Positions 50,806-64,000 of a DNA stretch of 64,000 bases are shown here, piece after piece. Positions within the stretch are counted from its first letter, which is position 1. The number at the start of each line of letters is the position of its first letter. Source of the stretch: Camelus ferus. Taxonomy: Eukaryota. The position numbers were made by a program, and so were the translations under genes. A model generated the notes under the pieces. That model was given only the letters and a program-made list of their open reading frames with translations, ran no database searches and was not told the origin of the DNA. The stretch is taken from NCBI RefSeq assembly GCF_009834535.1, contig NC_045697.1:77750001-77814000 (forward strand). Direction: 5' to 3'.

Positions 50806-51703
50806 AAGTCTGTTTTTAAGTAGTGTTGGGAAAGCTGAACAGCCACACGTAAATCAATGAAATTAGAACTCTCTCTCACACCATTCGCAAAAATAAATTC
50901 AAAATGGCTTAAAGACCTAAATATAAGACATGACACCATAAAACTCCTAGAAGAGAACATAGGCAAACCATTCTCAGACCAAATTGTAGCAATATTTTCT
51001 TAGCTCAGTCTCCCAAGGCAAAAGAAATAAGAGCAAAAATAAACAAATGGGACCTAATCAAACTTAAAAGCTCTTACACAGCAAAGGAAACCATCAATAA
51101 AATGAAAAGACAACCTATGGAATGGGAGAAAATATGTGCAAACAATGCAACTGACAAGAGATTAATATCCAAAATATACAAACAGCTTATACAACTCAAC
51201 ATCAAAAAAAAACCACAAAACCCAATCAACAAATGGGCAGAAGACCTAAATAGACATTTCTTCAAAGAAGACATACAGATGGCCAACAGGCACATGAAAA
51301 GATGCTCAGCTTTGCTAATTATCAGAGAAATGCAAATCAAAACCACAATGAAGTATCACCTCACATCAGTCAGAATGGCTATCATCAAAAAGTCAAAAAA
51401 AAAAAAAAAAAGGCTATCATCAAAAATAATAAATGCTGGAGAGGGTGTAGAGAAAACTACACTGTTGGTGAGAATGTAAATTGGTATAGTCACTATGGAA
51501 AACAATAGAGGTTCCTTAAAAAACTAAAAATAGAGCTACTATATGATCCAGCAGCAATCTCACTCCTGGGCGTATGTCCAGAAAAGACAAAAACTAATTT
51601 GAAAAGACTCATGTACCCCAATGTTCATAGCAGCACTATTTACAATAGCTGAGATATGGAAATAACCCAAGTGCCCATCATCACATGAGTGGTTGAAGAA
51701 GAT
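50806..51703 (+). mobile_element. Young L1 ORF2 C-terminal fragment lacking 3'UTR and poly(A)
   Basis: ORF 51102-51479 reads [14 protein letters not shown]...[28 protein letters not shown]...[13 protein letters not shown]. Confidence 0.92.
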
Positions 51704-52491
51704 GAATTTAAATGTCTCTTCTGAATTGTCTTCCAAGATATTTGAAAAAGAATGCTGCTTGTTTGCAAAGTTATTGTAAAATAGAAAGCCTATATTTCTG
51801 ATAAAGAACCCTCAACTGCTTAGATTTTGCAAACAGTGGAGTCAGGACTACTAGGATGAGAGCTTCCATCATCACTGCTGAAAGTTTTCAAACTCAAATG
51901 TCTCTGGGTATCAGGGCCAGGCAGGTAATAACTGACAACCTCCAGAGTGAGAACATTTAACTTTCTTCTTAAACGAACAACAAAAACAGCAGCACAAGCC
52001 CAATGATAAATGTTAAAGCACTTTGGTTGGTTGGGAAAAAGAAAAGGTTGGAGGTGGTATAAAGAGAAATCCAAATGCTTGTCTAAAGAGGAGTGGCTGT
52101 TACTTGGTGACAGCCGATTGTTGCCCATCTGATTTTTGAGAAGGGATTAGATTGTCTTGATTTTTATGTTATATTTCCCAGTTTTAAACTGTTGGTTAAT
52201 AACTCAACTTTCAAAAAATCACTGTGCTCACCAATAATGTTTGTAGGGAGAAAAATGTTCTGTGCTGGATTCCAGTGGCCAGTTAATGACTGCTTCGGTT
52301 AGAGAGATGCGGTATTGGGGAAAAACATAATGTTTTGTGCCATTAATAAGAAACTCTCTCGCATTTCCTGTCTGTCAGAATTCTCTGTCTCTTGTTTTAT
52401 CTCTCATAATACTGAATCCATAATTTTTTTCTCTTCTTGACTAGAAGATATATTGGATTGGGCAAGAATTAGATTTCTGATGCCTTCAGGT

Positions 52492-52652
52492 CAGTGTTTC
52501 TTAAACATCAGTTCGGCTGAAGAATCTTCCAAGGTCTCACTCACAGAGATTCTGATTCCTTGAATCAAGGGTAAATCCAGATACACACTTTTTTACAATC
52601 TCAATATGATTTCATTGAAGAATGATTCCACAACTCTTTGAAAAATGGTGCC
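52492..52652. mobile_element. MER5-like hAT element
   Basis: cagtgtttcttaaac...cagagattctgattc...ctttgaaaaatggtg. Confidence 0.55.
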
Positions 52653-53619
52653 TTAAAGTACTGGTTGTTCCACCATTTTTTTCCTGCTGTCAAGGACTCA
52701 TGGACAGTTTAGTTTTCACACATTTTCATAAATAAGTGTGCCCACTAAATCTAGGCTGGTCACAGAAAGAGAAGACTAATGTTGTCCAGTGCTCCTTCCT
52801 CCCCCTTGGTGGGGTGGGAGCAGAAGGGGAGCTGTGACAACTGGCCTTCTTAGACTCACTGCTCCAAATGGTCTAGCACAGAGTGGGGTACATTATAGGA
52901 TAGTTTTTTCTTTATTATAATTTTATTTTAAAAATTCACTGTTATACCAATGCAAGATTTTAAAATCTTCAGTTACAGCAGAGTACATCAAGTTGCTTTC
53001 TTGCTTTTTTGGTTTCTGCCAAGAAAACATGTATGATTTGAAGCCTCCCCAGCGTATAAACAAACACAAAGCCCTAGAGTGCAGAGAAAGGAGAGCCCTT
53101 CAGTCATGTTCTAGTTGTTTCTGGAAAAAGTCAGTTCTCTCTGCTGTTATTTCCCAGAATGAAATTTCTTTCTTCAGTAAACTGGTGCTGACTATTCTTT
53201 ACTTCAGGCTGAACATAACATTTGTGTAAAGCAGCAAATAATTTTTATTTCATTGTAAACTGAGATGCAGTTTAAATCTGCCAAGAATGGAAGTAATATG
53301 TATGCAAACATGATAAAACTCCAGAGCAATTTACCTTGTAAATATTCAAATGGGAAATTCTATGCCATCTTTATTGCCAACAAAGAAGAAATATTGCCAG
53401 ATTTAATATACCCATGAACAGTTATTTCTGAACTCTCTAGCACAGTAATAAAGGGAACACGTATTTTGACTACTGAGTATAACTTTCTTTACATCATCTG
53501 TGATATTAAATGATTGCCCAATACTCTATCTTATCATCATTGCCAAATCACTAATGTCCAACCTTTCATTACTAATGGACCACTTTGACATGGAAATCCA
53601 CAAGCTTTCTTTTTATGTA

Positions 53620-53825
53620 TGCCAGGAACTTTCACGGAAATGCTCACCCCAAGTCCAACAACAATCTAGAATGAAGGTGTTATTCCTCATCCTACAGGTA
53701 AGGATGCTAAGGCTTTGTGAGACTAAGCAAGTTTTTCAGAATCACAAAACAAGTCAGTGGAAGAGCAGATGTCAACCCTCACGTTTGCTTGATTCCAAAC
53801 CCAATGATTCCTGTAGCCATGCCCT
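53620..53825 (-). mobile_element. MIR SINE
   Basis: tattcctcatcctacaggtaaggatgctaaggct. Confidence 0.55.
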
Positions 53826-56227
53826 GACAGGGTGATTATGGTAATTTGCAGAGGGCATATCAACTGTTACTCTGGTGTTGCGATTAACAAGAACCACCAA
53901 GATTTTTGCAGTGGGTAACTCACAGAGAGGATGGGAAGTTACAGAGCTAGGTGGGACAAGACAAAAAACTAAGACAGCACCTCAGGTAGTCCCCAGATAT
54001 CTAGGCAGCAGGACATAGTCTGGGCTCTACTTTAGAATGAAAAGCTCCAAAAGTTGTTGTTGACATCATCTTAATTCACTCTGCTTACAATCAAAGTCCC
54101 AGGAGACAGATTTCTATTGGCCTAGCTGAAATTGTGTGCTTCTTAACTAGGAGAAAGCTGAGACCTTGAATATAGCAGTACCAAGACTGCTTATACCTGG
54201 TAGAGTAATTACCCCAAAGGAAGAAAGGGTGTTCTTAGGAAGGGGAAATTGGTGCTAAGATGGCCCCTCCCCAAAAAAGTCAACAGAAGTCCACATACAG
54301 TTGTCCTTCAGGACATTAACCTCATAATACTAAGACTAATCCTTAATTTTACCTAGTAATTTATCATGCAGATTTCACACATAGCTTTTCTCAGATATCA
54401 TAAATTTCTGTTTATACTGAACCATGACAATTGACTCATAACATTTCTACCAGTCATTTTTACATAATTACTTTATGCAATAAAGTAGTACTTTATTTGA
54501 TCTAAATGACCACTTTCGAAATTCCAAGAGTGTCTATTCTGAATGTAGCAGATAATGCCTTTACTTCACAGCCTTTGTGATTTATAGAGAGTGATAATGT
54601 CATATCCTGTCCTTGCATGAACCTGTCACGTTTCTGGTCTTTAGCACATGCCAGTCAACTACAACAGGATGAGGTGGCCCAATGACAGCCAAGCAAGATA
54701 GAGCCCACCCACCTAGGTGGGAACAGGCAAAGAACACATCGTGTCCCAGATGTATGGTAAACGGTCTTAGCTTCCAAATGAAATTGGTGGAGCATCGTGA
54801 TGGGAAATCTAAGAACAGAAGATACTCTTCCTTTCTAGGCAGGTTGAGAGTCAATATCAGAAACATTTATCAAAGGTAGTAAGGTTGGATCCTCTTAGCT
54901 GTGGGTTCAGGGGCAAAACTCTAAGTTGCTCATTCATCCTCTAAATTTATTAGTGGTAATCCTCCAGACTACCTCCTACTGAGTCACCAGTTGCTTTAAT
55001 TTCAGCTTTCCTAATTTATTGATACCTTGGCACCCTTCACTTGAGCTGACTTGCTCTATAACATGCTCCCAGCTCTGACCTTGATCATACGTCTGCCCTC
55101 TATCCTCTGGCTCCCAGGTCACGGTGGCCCTGGACAGATCACTAAGCACATTGCCGTGGAGCTTGGCTGGGCTCTTCTTCAGCTGGGGGAAAATCAGATG
55201 AGGAGAAGTTGTAGGGATGCTGGATTCTCAGCTTTTGACCCTCAGGACTAGTCCTAGGACAGAAGCTGTGCGGAGAATAGGAGGGCAGAGTCCTGAAACT
55301 GGCCAAGGCTTGACACTTGAGGATGAACAGCCCCACTGCTCTCAAGTCAGTCCTTCCACCTGATTGATTATTTTACTTGCTCTTCTCTGACTTTACTGGC
55401 TCCATTATATCTCTCCTGAGGTGTGGCAATCACAAATTTACATAGTAATTGAGGTACAAATCAGCCGTGTTTGTGAACAAGGATAAGGTGAAAGTTTTGC
55501 TGGGAATTTTTCCCACATCACTCATAGGCTTAGTTAGCTTCAGTAGTAACAGTGGAGTATCTGGTTGCTGAAGGGGAGGGGAATAAATCAGATATAATGC
55601 TTCCTAATTCCTATGTTAAGAATTCCTGTTCTTAAGAGAATTTTCTTATTTTGTAAGAAAATTCAGATTATACTAAAGATATTTTTTCTCATCTCTTTTC
55701 TAGCCTGTCAAAAGCTTCTGCAAAGTTCTGTCCATGCATTTGGCAATTCACTCTTACAAGGGAATGCACAGCTGTACCTAAGGCTTCTATTTTGCCAGCA
55801 GGCGTAATGTGTTTTGTCATTACTATGTTTTTATTTCAACAATTATTTACATTTTTCATATTGAGTATTCCTGTTACAATTGCCTGATCCTGCTTTATGT
55901 TTTCAACATTCCAACTTATCTTTATATTTATTTCAAATTAAATTAGATTTATAAAATTAAATTATGCTTATTCAATTATACTTATTTAAAATTCCCATAC
56001 TGTCTGTTGCATTGGTTCTGCTTTTTCTTGAATAGGGTGTTCTGTTTATTGTCTATGTGTTACATGGCTCTGTGCTTCAGATGTCACATAATTTCACATT
56101 GTAAATTAATCTGTATTGCCTTGGGACAACAGTTCCATAGCAGTACTGTGATTTTTTTTTTTTTTAAGTGTAAAACACTTGGAATACAGTGACTGGTAAA
56201 GAAAGCACTCAACATTTGGTAGCTATA

Positions 56228-57250
56228 GTGTATTTGCTTTCTACGGCTGCATGATTACCCCAAAACAGCAGCTTAAGACAACAGCCATTTATTACTTCAT
56301 AGTCCTGTAAGTTAGAAGTCTAGACAGGCTCAGCTGGGTTCTCTTGCTCAGGGAATCAAAGGCCAAAACCAAAGTGTTGTTTGGGCTCAGCTTTTATATC
56401 TGGAGGCTCTAGGAGAGAATCTGCTTCCAGGTTCAATCAGGTTGTTGGTGGAATTTGATTTCTTGCTGGACCGAATGCCCTTTTTTGCCTTCCATCAGCC
56501 TGACAGCTCTCAGCTACTAGAGGCCTTCCTCCGTTACTTCCATGTGGTTCCCCTGTCTCAGAGCCTGCAATGGCACATCACATCCTTCCCAGGCTTGGAA
56601 TCTCTCTGACTTTCTCTTTTGATGAAGAAAACTCTGCTTTTAAAGGGCTTATGTGATTAGATTATGCCCATCCCAATCATCTCCCTTTTGTTTAATTCAA
56701 AGTTACAGATTAGTGCATTAATTTGCTAGGGCTAGTATACCAAAGTACCAGAAACTGGGTGGTTTAAACAACAGAAATGTACCATTTCACAGTTCTGAAA
56801 GCCAGAAGTCCCAAATCAAGGTCGTGGAAGGTGTAGATTGTTCCGAGGGCTGTGAGGGAGAACCTGTCCCAGGCCTCTTCCCTAGCTGCTGATAGTCTCA
56901 GGCATTCCTCGGCTTGTTGACAGTTTTCTCTATGTGCTCACATCATCTTGCCTCACTGCCTCTCTGTCTTTGTCCAAAATTTTCCCCTTTATATGGACAC
57001 AAGTGATATTGGATGGAGCCCACTGAAACAACCTCATCTTGACTGGATCATCTTCAAAGACCCTATTTCCAAATAAGGTTACATTCACAAATATTGGGGG
57101 TTAGGATTTCAACATTTTTCAAGGGGACACAGTTCAACCCATAACAATTAATAAACTTAATTACATTGGCAGAATCCTTTTTTCGCCACGTAATGTTATG
57201 TAATCACTGGAGTAACACTAGGGGCAGAGTTCCAAGGGGCCATCTTAAAA
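56228..57250. mobile_element. MLT1 LTR with a second MLT1 LTR nested at 56714-57146
   Basis: Outer LTR 56228-56713 resumes at 57152. Inner LTR runs tgcattaatttgctaggg...cagttcaacccataaca, flanked by attag/attaa. Confidence 0.85.
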
Positions 57251-57941
57251 TAGTCATTATCATTTTCATTTCTTCTAGTGCTTATCTATCAGAGCTTTTT
57301 TTCAGGACAAAAGGCAACACCTTTCAGATAGTGGAGTCCAGAGAATGTCTAGTTCTAATCATGTAGGGGGCTAATGGATTTGAAGAATTATTACACATTT
57401 AAAGAAATAGAACTAAATGCTGAAACTATTTTATCTCTTATAATTTTCTTTAGTTATTGTTGATGTTAAAATATTATAGATTGCTTTAAAATTGTTAGTT
57501 TATCTTAAGAAATATATTCCAAATATTGAGGAGCAGGGGATTAAGATATTCAGAGCTATGGTAATCATCATGGTAAAAAATTCTTTTATTACTTACTGAA
57601 TTTTAGTTTACATGGATGCTAATTGCATTTGGTAAAATTTCAGCAATGTGTGATCTCCAAGGAGTCCTTTGACATTAGGAAAAATACATTTAAAAAGTTC
57701 AGGGCTCATATGCAGACCTGGTAAATGTCTAATACTAGATACAGTTAACAGTGCTTTGTATTGCTTCCAGGTGAATAATGTTTTATTTTAAAGAAAACTG
57801 TATGGAAGAATCTATAGACTGCAGTGTGAATTAAATTTGAAATGTGTATTTATGACATTTTATAAACGATATTTTATTCTTTAGGGTCTCGGTGACTTGG
57901 TAATTAGTAAGCATTGTCTTTCTAGGAGGAAATGGAACATA

Positions 57942-58341
57942 GTGGCTGTTCGCTAGGGCTGCCATAATAAAATACCACAGGTTGGGTGGTTTAAACAACA
58001 GAAACAGTTCTGGAGGATAGAAGTTCAAGATCAAGGTGTTGTCAGGAATGGATTCTCCTCCAGTGGAGGCCTCTCTCCTTGGCTTGCAGATGGTGCCTTC
58101 TCACATGTCCTCACACGGGCTTTCCTCTGTGTGCCAGCATCACCGGTGGCTCTTTGTATGTCCAAATTTCCTCCTCCCATAAGGACACCTGTTAGATGGG
58201 ATTAGGGCCCACTCTAATGGCTTCATTTTAATTTAATCAAAATTTAAAAGCCCTATCCTCGAATATAGTCGCATGCTGAGGTACTGGGGGTTAGAGATTC
58301 AACATATGAATTTTTAGGGTAACACAATTCAGTCCACAACA
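57942..58341. mobile_element. MLT1A/B-type solo LTR
   Basis: gctagggctgccataataaaataccacaggttgggtggtttaaacaacagaaa...acacaattcagtccacaaca. Confidence 0.88.
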
Positions 58342-58404
58342 GTAGCTAAGCTTGTGGGTTTTAGAATCAATGAGATCTACTGTCACAAGTCATGATTTCA
58401 GCGC

Positions 58405-58800
58405 TGTATCAGTCAGAATGGGCTAGTTAGGCTGCAGTGATAAACAACCTCAAGATAGACAAAGATTTATTTCTTGCTCACACTACCTGCCCAGTGTTGA
58501 TTGGCTGAGGTCTCTGGTCTGTTTTGTCCCCACTCCAGAACCAAGTTGACAGAGCTGACATCAACATCTGAAACACTGATGACAGGGAGAAAAAGAACTG
58601 TGGCAAATTTCACACCGACTCCTCAAACCTCTGTTCAGAATGACATACGTATTACTTAAGTTCATGTTTCACCCACCATAGCAATTTATGTGGCTGTGCC
58701 TAACTTCAAGGGAGGGGAGCGTGTGGGGAAACAAAATCTGACTAGTGCCTAGAAAGAGACATAAGCTGGAATAATTGTGGATAGCCTCAATATCAGTGGA
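58405..58800. mobile_element. Old MLT1-type LTR inserted in a MIR (MIR at ~58345-58404 and 58800-59015)
   Basis: tgtatcagtcagaatgggctagttaggctgcagtgataaacaacc, with the MIR core resuming at ccacttactagtgagtgacattaggcaag. Confidence 0.65.
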
Positions 58801-60024
58801 AACCACTTACTAGTGAGTGACATTAGGCAAGTTTTTTAATCCCTTTAGGCTTCATTTTCCTGAATTAGAAAGTGGGATAATGTCAATATTAGTACCTATC
58901 ATGTGAGGTTCTTGTGAAGATTAAGTGAGATAAAGAAAAAGGTGCACTTAGCGCATCCTTTTGGATGTGCTTGGAAAGGGTGAAATGCTCAATAATTGTA
59001 GGTATTATTATTATTACTATAAATAATATTAGAGATTTCCTCAGATAGAAGGAACTATAGGGATCCAGTTAACCCTCTTTTTATAAATAAGAGACCAGAG
59101 ACCCAGAGTGGATAAGTGACTATCAGATGGAATAACTCAGGTGTGAGAATTCATTATGTCAGCCCACCATCCTCTATACTGTGTTGACTTTCACAGTCTC
59201 TTAAAAATACATACACTCTTTTATGTATGTCTATGGACTGTGGGAAAATTCCGGATCCGTTAATAGACTGGAAGATTAGAAGTGCTTTGGGCAGAGCCTC
59301 TCCATCAGTAGGTTAGTGGTTGTGAGGTGGGGACGGGAACCCACGGGGAAGAAACCAGATGAGCCGTTGACAGTGAGGAAGAGATGAGAAGAAAAACGAG
59401 CTGTGTGGGATGTGGCAGCTGGCACCACTGCTCAAGAACAAGGAGTCGCCTGGGCTGACAGGTGTGTATGAGCTGAATACAGAATCTACTAGAGGAAAAG
59501 GAGCTACACAAGTGTCCACAGCTGCTCTTCTCACACACAGGATCCGTTCACAGCTTATTTCCTGAACTAATGATCTCAGCAGGGACGTGGTCTCTCTGCT
59601 GGGAATGACATGCAAGACACTTTCAACAGTTCCTTGGCCATGTTAGTTGCATGAACTCTTTCAGTATCCTAAAATCATGCTGATATTCAGGAAAATACTG
59701 CTTACTAAGTTTTCTTTGGTTAGAAATCTTTGCATGAATATAGTAAATTCTCTCAGTATGAAGGCAGCCTTATTCAGTGAAAAGAATACGAAGTTTAACA
59801 TATCAAGAAACCTAGGTTTTATTGTCGCTAACCAGCTGGATAGCCTCACAGTAATGCCTTAACCCTTGGTTTCCTTATTCATAAAATTTAGTAACTGAGT
59901 AAGCAAAGAAGATTCAAAAGAGAGAGTTTCAATTTGAACAACTGCAAGAATAATAATACCTCTAATCAAAGTATAAAAGTCAGAAGGAAAAATAGTCTTT
60001 GTAAAAGAAAATTGCTTACTTTTT

Positions 60025-60449
60025 TAAAAATTATTTTTTAATTGAAGTGTAGTCAGATTATAATGCTGTGTTAATTTCTGATGTACAGCACAGTGATTCA
60101 GTTACACATATATGTATCTTTTTCCTATTCTTTTTCATTATAGGCTATTACAAGGTATTGAACATAGTTCCCTGTGCTATGCAGTAGGACCTTGCTGTTT
60201 ATCTATCTTATACATAGTAGTTAGTATCTGCAAATCCTGAACTCCCAATTTATCCTTCCATCCTCCCCTTCCCCCACCCTCCTACCCCGGTAACTACAGG
60301 TTTGTTTCCTATGTCTGTGAGTCTGTTTCTGTTTTGTAAATAAGTTCATTTGTGTCATTTTTTTAGATTCCACATATGAGTGATATCATATGGTATTTTT
60401 CTTTCTCTTTCTCTTTCTTACTTCACTTAGAATGACAGTCTCCAGGTCC
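60025..60449 (-). mobile_element. Young 5'-truncated L1 3'UTR
   Basis: ttgaagtgtagtcagattataatgctgtg...cttcacttagaatgacagtctccaggtcc. Confidence 0.9.
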
Positions 60450-62159
60450 TTGCTTTTAAACATGTCGAGTTTGAGGATGATAGTGGAGCATGTGATTAGA
60501 AATGTCTAGAAATCAGCTGGCAATCTACAACTGGAGTTCAGTAGCAAAGTTAAGGCAAAAAATGTCAAAGTTAGGACCACTAGTTAGATACTTGACATCA
60601 TTAGATGGATGATAATGCTGATGATAAATATGTAGACACGAAAAGAACTAGACAGCTAACAGACTATATTTGGGAAGAAGAGTAGAATTACAGAAAGAGA
60701 GATCAGAGGGGAGTCACGACAGTGTAGTGCCACGGATATAAATATGCATGTTTTGTGGTCAGGCAGTGATGTGTGAAGCTGCAGGTGAGGACCAAGTGAA
60801 TTTTTGAGTGCCTGAAATGAATAAATACAACTTTTGCTAAAATAAAGAAAGAAAAAAACCCTTTGAGCCTAATTAGGTACTGAGCAGGCACCAGTTTCTA
60901 ACTCTTGGCATCAAGTGAGGAGGAAAACTTGGAAACAAAATGTCAGTTACAGCAGAAAATCTAAAGCATGACACAAGTAAAAGTCTATTGAATTTCATCC
61001 TTGAGAAATTTTGTGTGGCCTTTGACAGTGCTGATTCCTCAGTGGAGTGGAGTGGTTTGGAGCCAGCTTGTTAGGAATCCAGGGAAAGGTGGCTGACGAG
61101 GAAGTACAGAGAAACCCCAGGAGTTCAGGAGTGAGAAGGAAAGACTTGGTATGGTTGGGACCAGAGGGTAAGGGAAGAGAAACCCGTCGTTATGGAGGCA
61201 GAGGGAAGGGAGCCCATTCTGAGAAAGTGGTTGAGATCAGATCACAAAGCCTTAGTAATCAAGTGGACCAAAGCTTTGAAATGTATTAAAACGGTGTTTA
61301 TTCTTTAAATATTTACTCATTTGGCAGGATGATTAGCTTAGAAGCAAACTGTTAAAAACAATCTCTCTGTTTCTAGAATTTATCTGTGGCATTTTAAAAT
61401 AAAGGTAGCCTCTATTAGACTAATTTATAAGTGTGTTGATGTTAAAAGGTGTGAGATTATTTTATTAATTTAAATGAGTGGCTTCCCCCCACCCCCAACC
61501 AATTTTTCTTTCTGTTCAGCTAGTTTTAACAACCCCCAAGGAACCTTGTTTTTCTCAGTAGCTGCCTCTGATGCTGGCACTCAGTGACTCCTTCCCAACC
61601 TTTTGTATCCAACCTTTATGAGAAGGGGGAGCTAACAAACTAATTAGGCTGGTAGCTTAAGAAAATATAAATCGCAGTACACACCCCCACCAAAAAGGCT
61701 TACATGTGCAAAAACTGAGTGCATCCCAAACCGCTAACTTCAGACTGTGTCACACGTGGAAAACTGGTTTTGTTTTGCTTTGTTTTGTACTTTGGCATAC
61801 TATAGAGAAGTTAGACATGTTGGTGGAATAAAAGCTATTCCATTTGGAATGATGAGCTCTTCACTGGAAAATTTATGTATGAGAAGGTTTGGAGATAACA
61901 CAGTCATTTGTCATTAATGGAAATATGCGAATTGGCAAAATAGTAAAATCTGCTTTAGCTGTTGAAATTTGGAGGGGTGGCTTTAAAAAGAGTTAACTTT
62001 TTGTGCCATATAAAGGAAAAAATCACATGTATTAATAGTTGGCTTGTAAAATATGGTATTTTCTGAACAGCTCCTGTTGAATTATCTCTGCTGAACCTGA
62101 CTATCACCTCAGTGGGGTTGTGGCTGTCAGTGCCAGCAGAGCTGCCAAAGAGAATCTGC

Positions 62160-62335
62160 AGTATTTTTCAATCGGTTGGCCACCTGAATCAGAATAACCT
62201 AAGCTTGTGTTTTAAAAATGCAGATTCCAAGAATTCACCCCAGATCTATTGAATCTCTGTGGGCGAGTTTTGAGAATTTACTATTTTAATAAGCTCCCAG
62301 GGGATTCTTATGAAGATTAACATTTGAGAAGTAGA
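62160..62335. mobile_element. MER5A-like element
   Basis: aatcagaataacct...aaaatgcagattcc...aataagctcccaggggattctta. Confidence 0.7.
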
Positions 62336-62639
62336 TTTCAAAACACATGACCACATTTAGATTCAGTACTACTCAGAGGGAGTGAAAATCTGCATATTCT
62401 TTATGATGTGCCAATTTTTTCTTGTAATTTTTTTCACCAGAATTAAAAAGGTGCACATCTTTCGATACAGCAATTCTATTTCTAGGAATTTATCTCAAGG
62501 AATAATTGAGCAAATGTGCAAAGACATGTAAAAAACTATCAATTACAAAATTGGCTGTATTAGCAGAAAAGTTTTAATTTAAATGCTTATCAAGATATTT
62601 TGATTAAATAAACTATATATACTTATGTAGGATTATTAT

Positions 62640-62875
62640 GTACAGTGTTCTAAACACTTCAAAAGCTATGAGCCATTTAATCCTTTAACATTATGTAATA
62701 TAATACAGTATAAAATGTTAATATAATAATAATATTATTACCCCCATTTTACAGATGACAAAGCTGAGGCCCAGAGCAGTTAAGTACTTGTCCCAGATCG
62801 CACAGCTAGCACACAGCAGAGCCAGGACACAATGACAGGCAGTTTGTCTCTAGAGTCTGTGGCTTCACACTGCAC
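62640..62875 (-). mobile_element. MIR within an ancient L1ME 3' fragment (~62440-63160, plus strand)
   Basis: cccatttacagatgacaaagctgaggcccagag, with L1 motif cagcaattctatttctaggaatttatctcaagg upstream. Confidence 0.75.
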
Positions 62876-63597
62876 TGTCTGCTTCTCTCAACTTTTTGCT
62901 GCCTTCACATAATGATTATATGGAAGAAAGCATTTTACAAAAAATTATGTTTTATATGATCATATTCGTGGTGAAAATGAATATATCTGTATTTTGGAAT
63001 TAAAAATTTTTATGAAAAGGTAAAGAAAATGCATTAGAGTGGGTGCACCGAATTGAAGATAATGATCTGTAAGTGGAATTATAAATGTTCTCTATTTTCC
63101 CCTTTTGTCTCCAGTTGCTTTTCCTTTTTCTTTCTTTTTTTTGGCAGTAATAAACATATACCATTGTTATAAAAAGACAAGTATATGTGCCAGTATGCAA
63201 ATATATTGTAAAGTTTATGTTTTTGTGAGAGTGGCCTTTAAGGATAAGCTGAATTATAAACAGAGAGGAGGAAAAATACATTTTTATATTCCCACATTCT
63301 TCTTCCTCCATAAGAGTTCACTGTGTTTCTAGCAGGTCTGTCTTCTTGTTAGAGCAGGCAGAGAGCTAGATACGAGTAGAGAAATGGGGACGCAGCCAAA
63401 TGGCAGGAATTGGGCAGAAAGAAGGGGCACAGGCCAAATACAGGAAACCATACATCATGTAAACACAGGGATCCCTGGGCAGAGAAAGAAAAGCAGGAAC
63501 CTTTGGGCTGATAAGTCGTCACACCTTTTGGGGATGAAAAGCAGCCCAGAGACTTACAGAGAAAGGTAGGAAAAGGCAGGAATCTCCAGTGTCTGAA

Positions 63598-64000
63598 TGT
63601 AACCTTTTGCTCATTATGCCCTCATTTCAATAAAATTCGCCTTGCAGATTAGAAGTACTCATCATGCTCCAACTCCATGACACTTCTGATCCAGACTAAA
63701 TAAGGACAAAATCCCTCCTCCCTTCAGGAAGGTGGAGTTGGGATGAAAATCAGGGACTATGACCCCAAACCCTTCCGTTCTCAGTGAATACTCCACCCAT
63801 TCATCTTTACACCTTATGTAACCAACTTGCCAAAGAACTCAGGGCAGCTTCTCACCTGAGCCTGCCCGCTCTCCCCTTAAGAGTATAATTCTGTTGTGAG
63901 CCTGAAACTGCTCTAAAAGAATAAAGTCTATTAAATAAATAAATAAATAATTGCATACAATTAAAAAAAAAAAAAAGAGTATACTATCTACCCCTTAATA
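63598..64000 (+). mobile_element. ERV-type LTR, truncated by the window end
   Basis: Starts tgtaacc with LTR-like U3/R composition and approaches a probable aataaa at the window edge. Confidence 0.6.
63888..63974 (+). mobile_element. Short poly(A)-tailed insertion (L1MC-like 3' terminus) with a 9-bp TSD
   Basis: tgtgagcctgaaactgctctaaaagaataaagtctatt plus a tail. TSD aagagtata at 63879-63887 and 63975-63983. Confidence 0.8.

Noticed and set aside
59305..59615. Two overlapping ORFs in a moderately GC-rich unique segment
   Set aside because: No homology or convincing splice structure.
1..64000. CRISPR arrays, operons or other prokaryotic systems
   Set aside because: The sequence is mammalian repeat-rich DNA with no regularly spaced repeats or dense coding regions.

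Overview
This is AT-rich mammalian DNA, intergenic or deep-intronic, and dominated by transposable elements. I cannot support any intact host protein-coding gene, RNA gene or prokaryotic-type system. A tRNA-derived SINE resembling camelid vic-1 (5813-5922) suggests a camelid (camel/alpaca/llama) genome. The window holds a layered record of old repeats (L2, MIR, MER3/33, MER5, MER20, MER45, MER96B-like hATs, MLT1/LTR33 LTRs, L1ME) and younger ones (lineage-specific L1s, an ERV LTR). The main points of interest are: (1) a complete, TSD-flanked ~3.1 kb ORF1-only 'half-L1' (HAL1-like) element at 12493-15602 with a double tail, plus an independent older ORF1-only element at ~1520-3535; (2) a 3'UTR-only processed retrocopy (7476-8402) containing a 79-bp segment also found 2.4 kb upstream; (3) an ancient-type L1 3' terminus re-inserted with a TSD into a younger ERV LTR; (4) a strong CTCF motif; and (5) several small template-switch scars. 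Repeat family names come from my recollection of consensus sequences, not from a database search. Boundaries are approximate unless a TSD is given.
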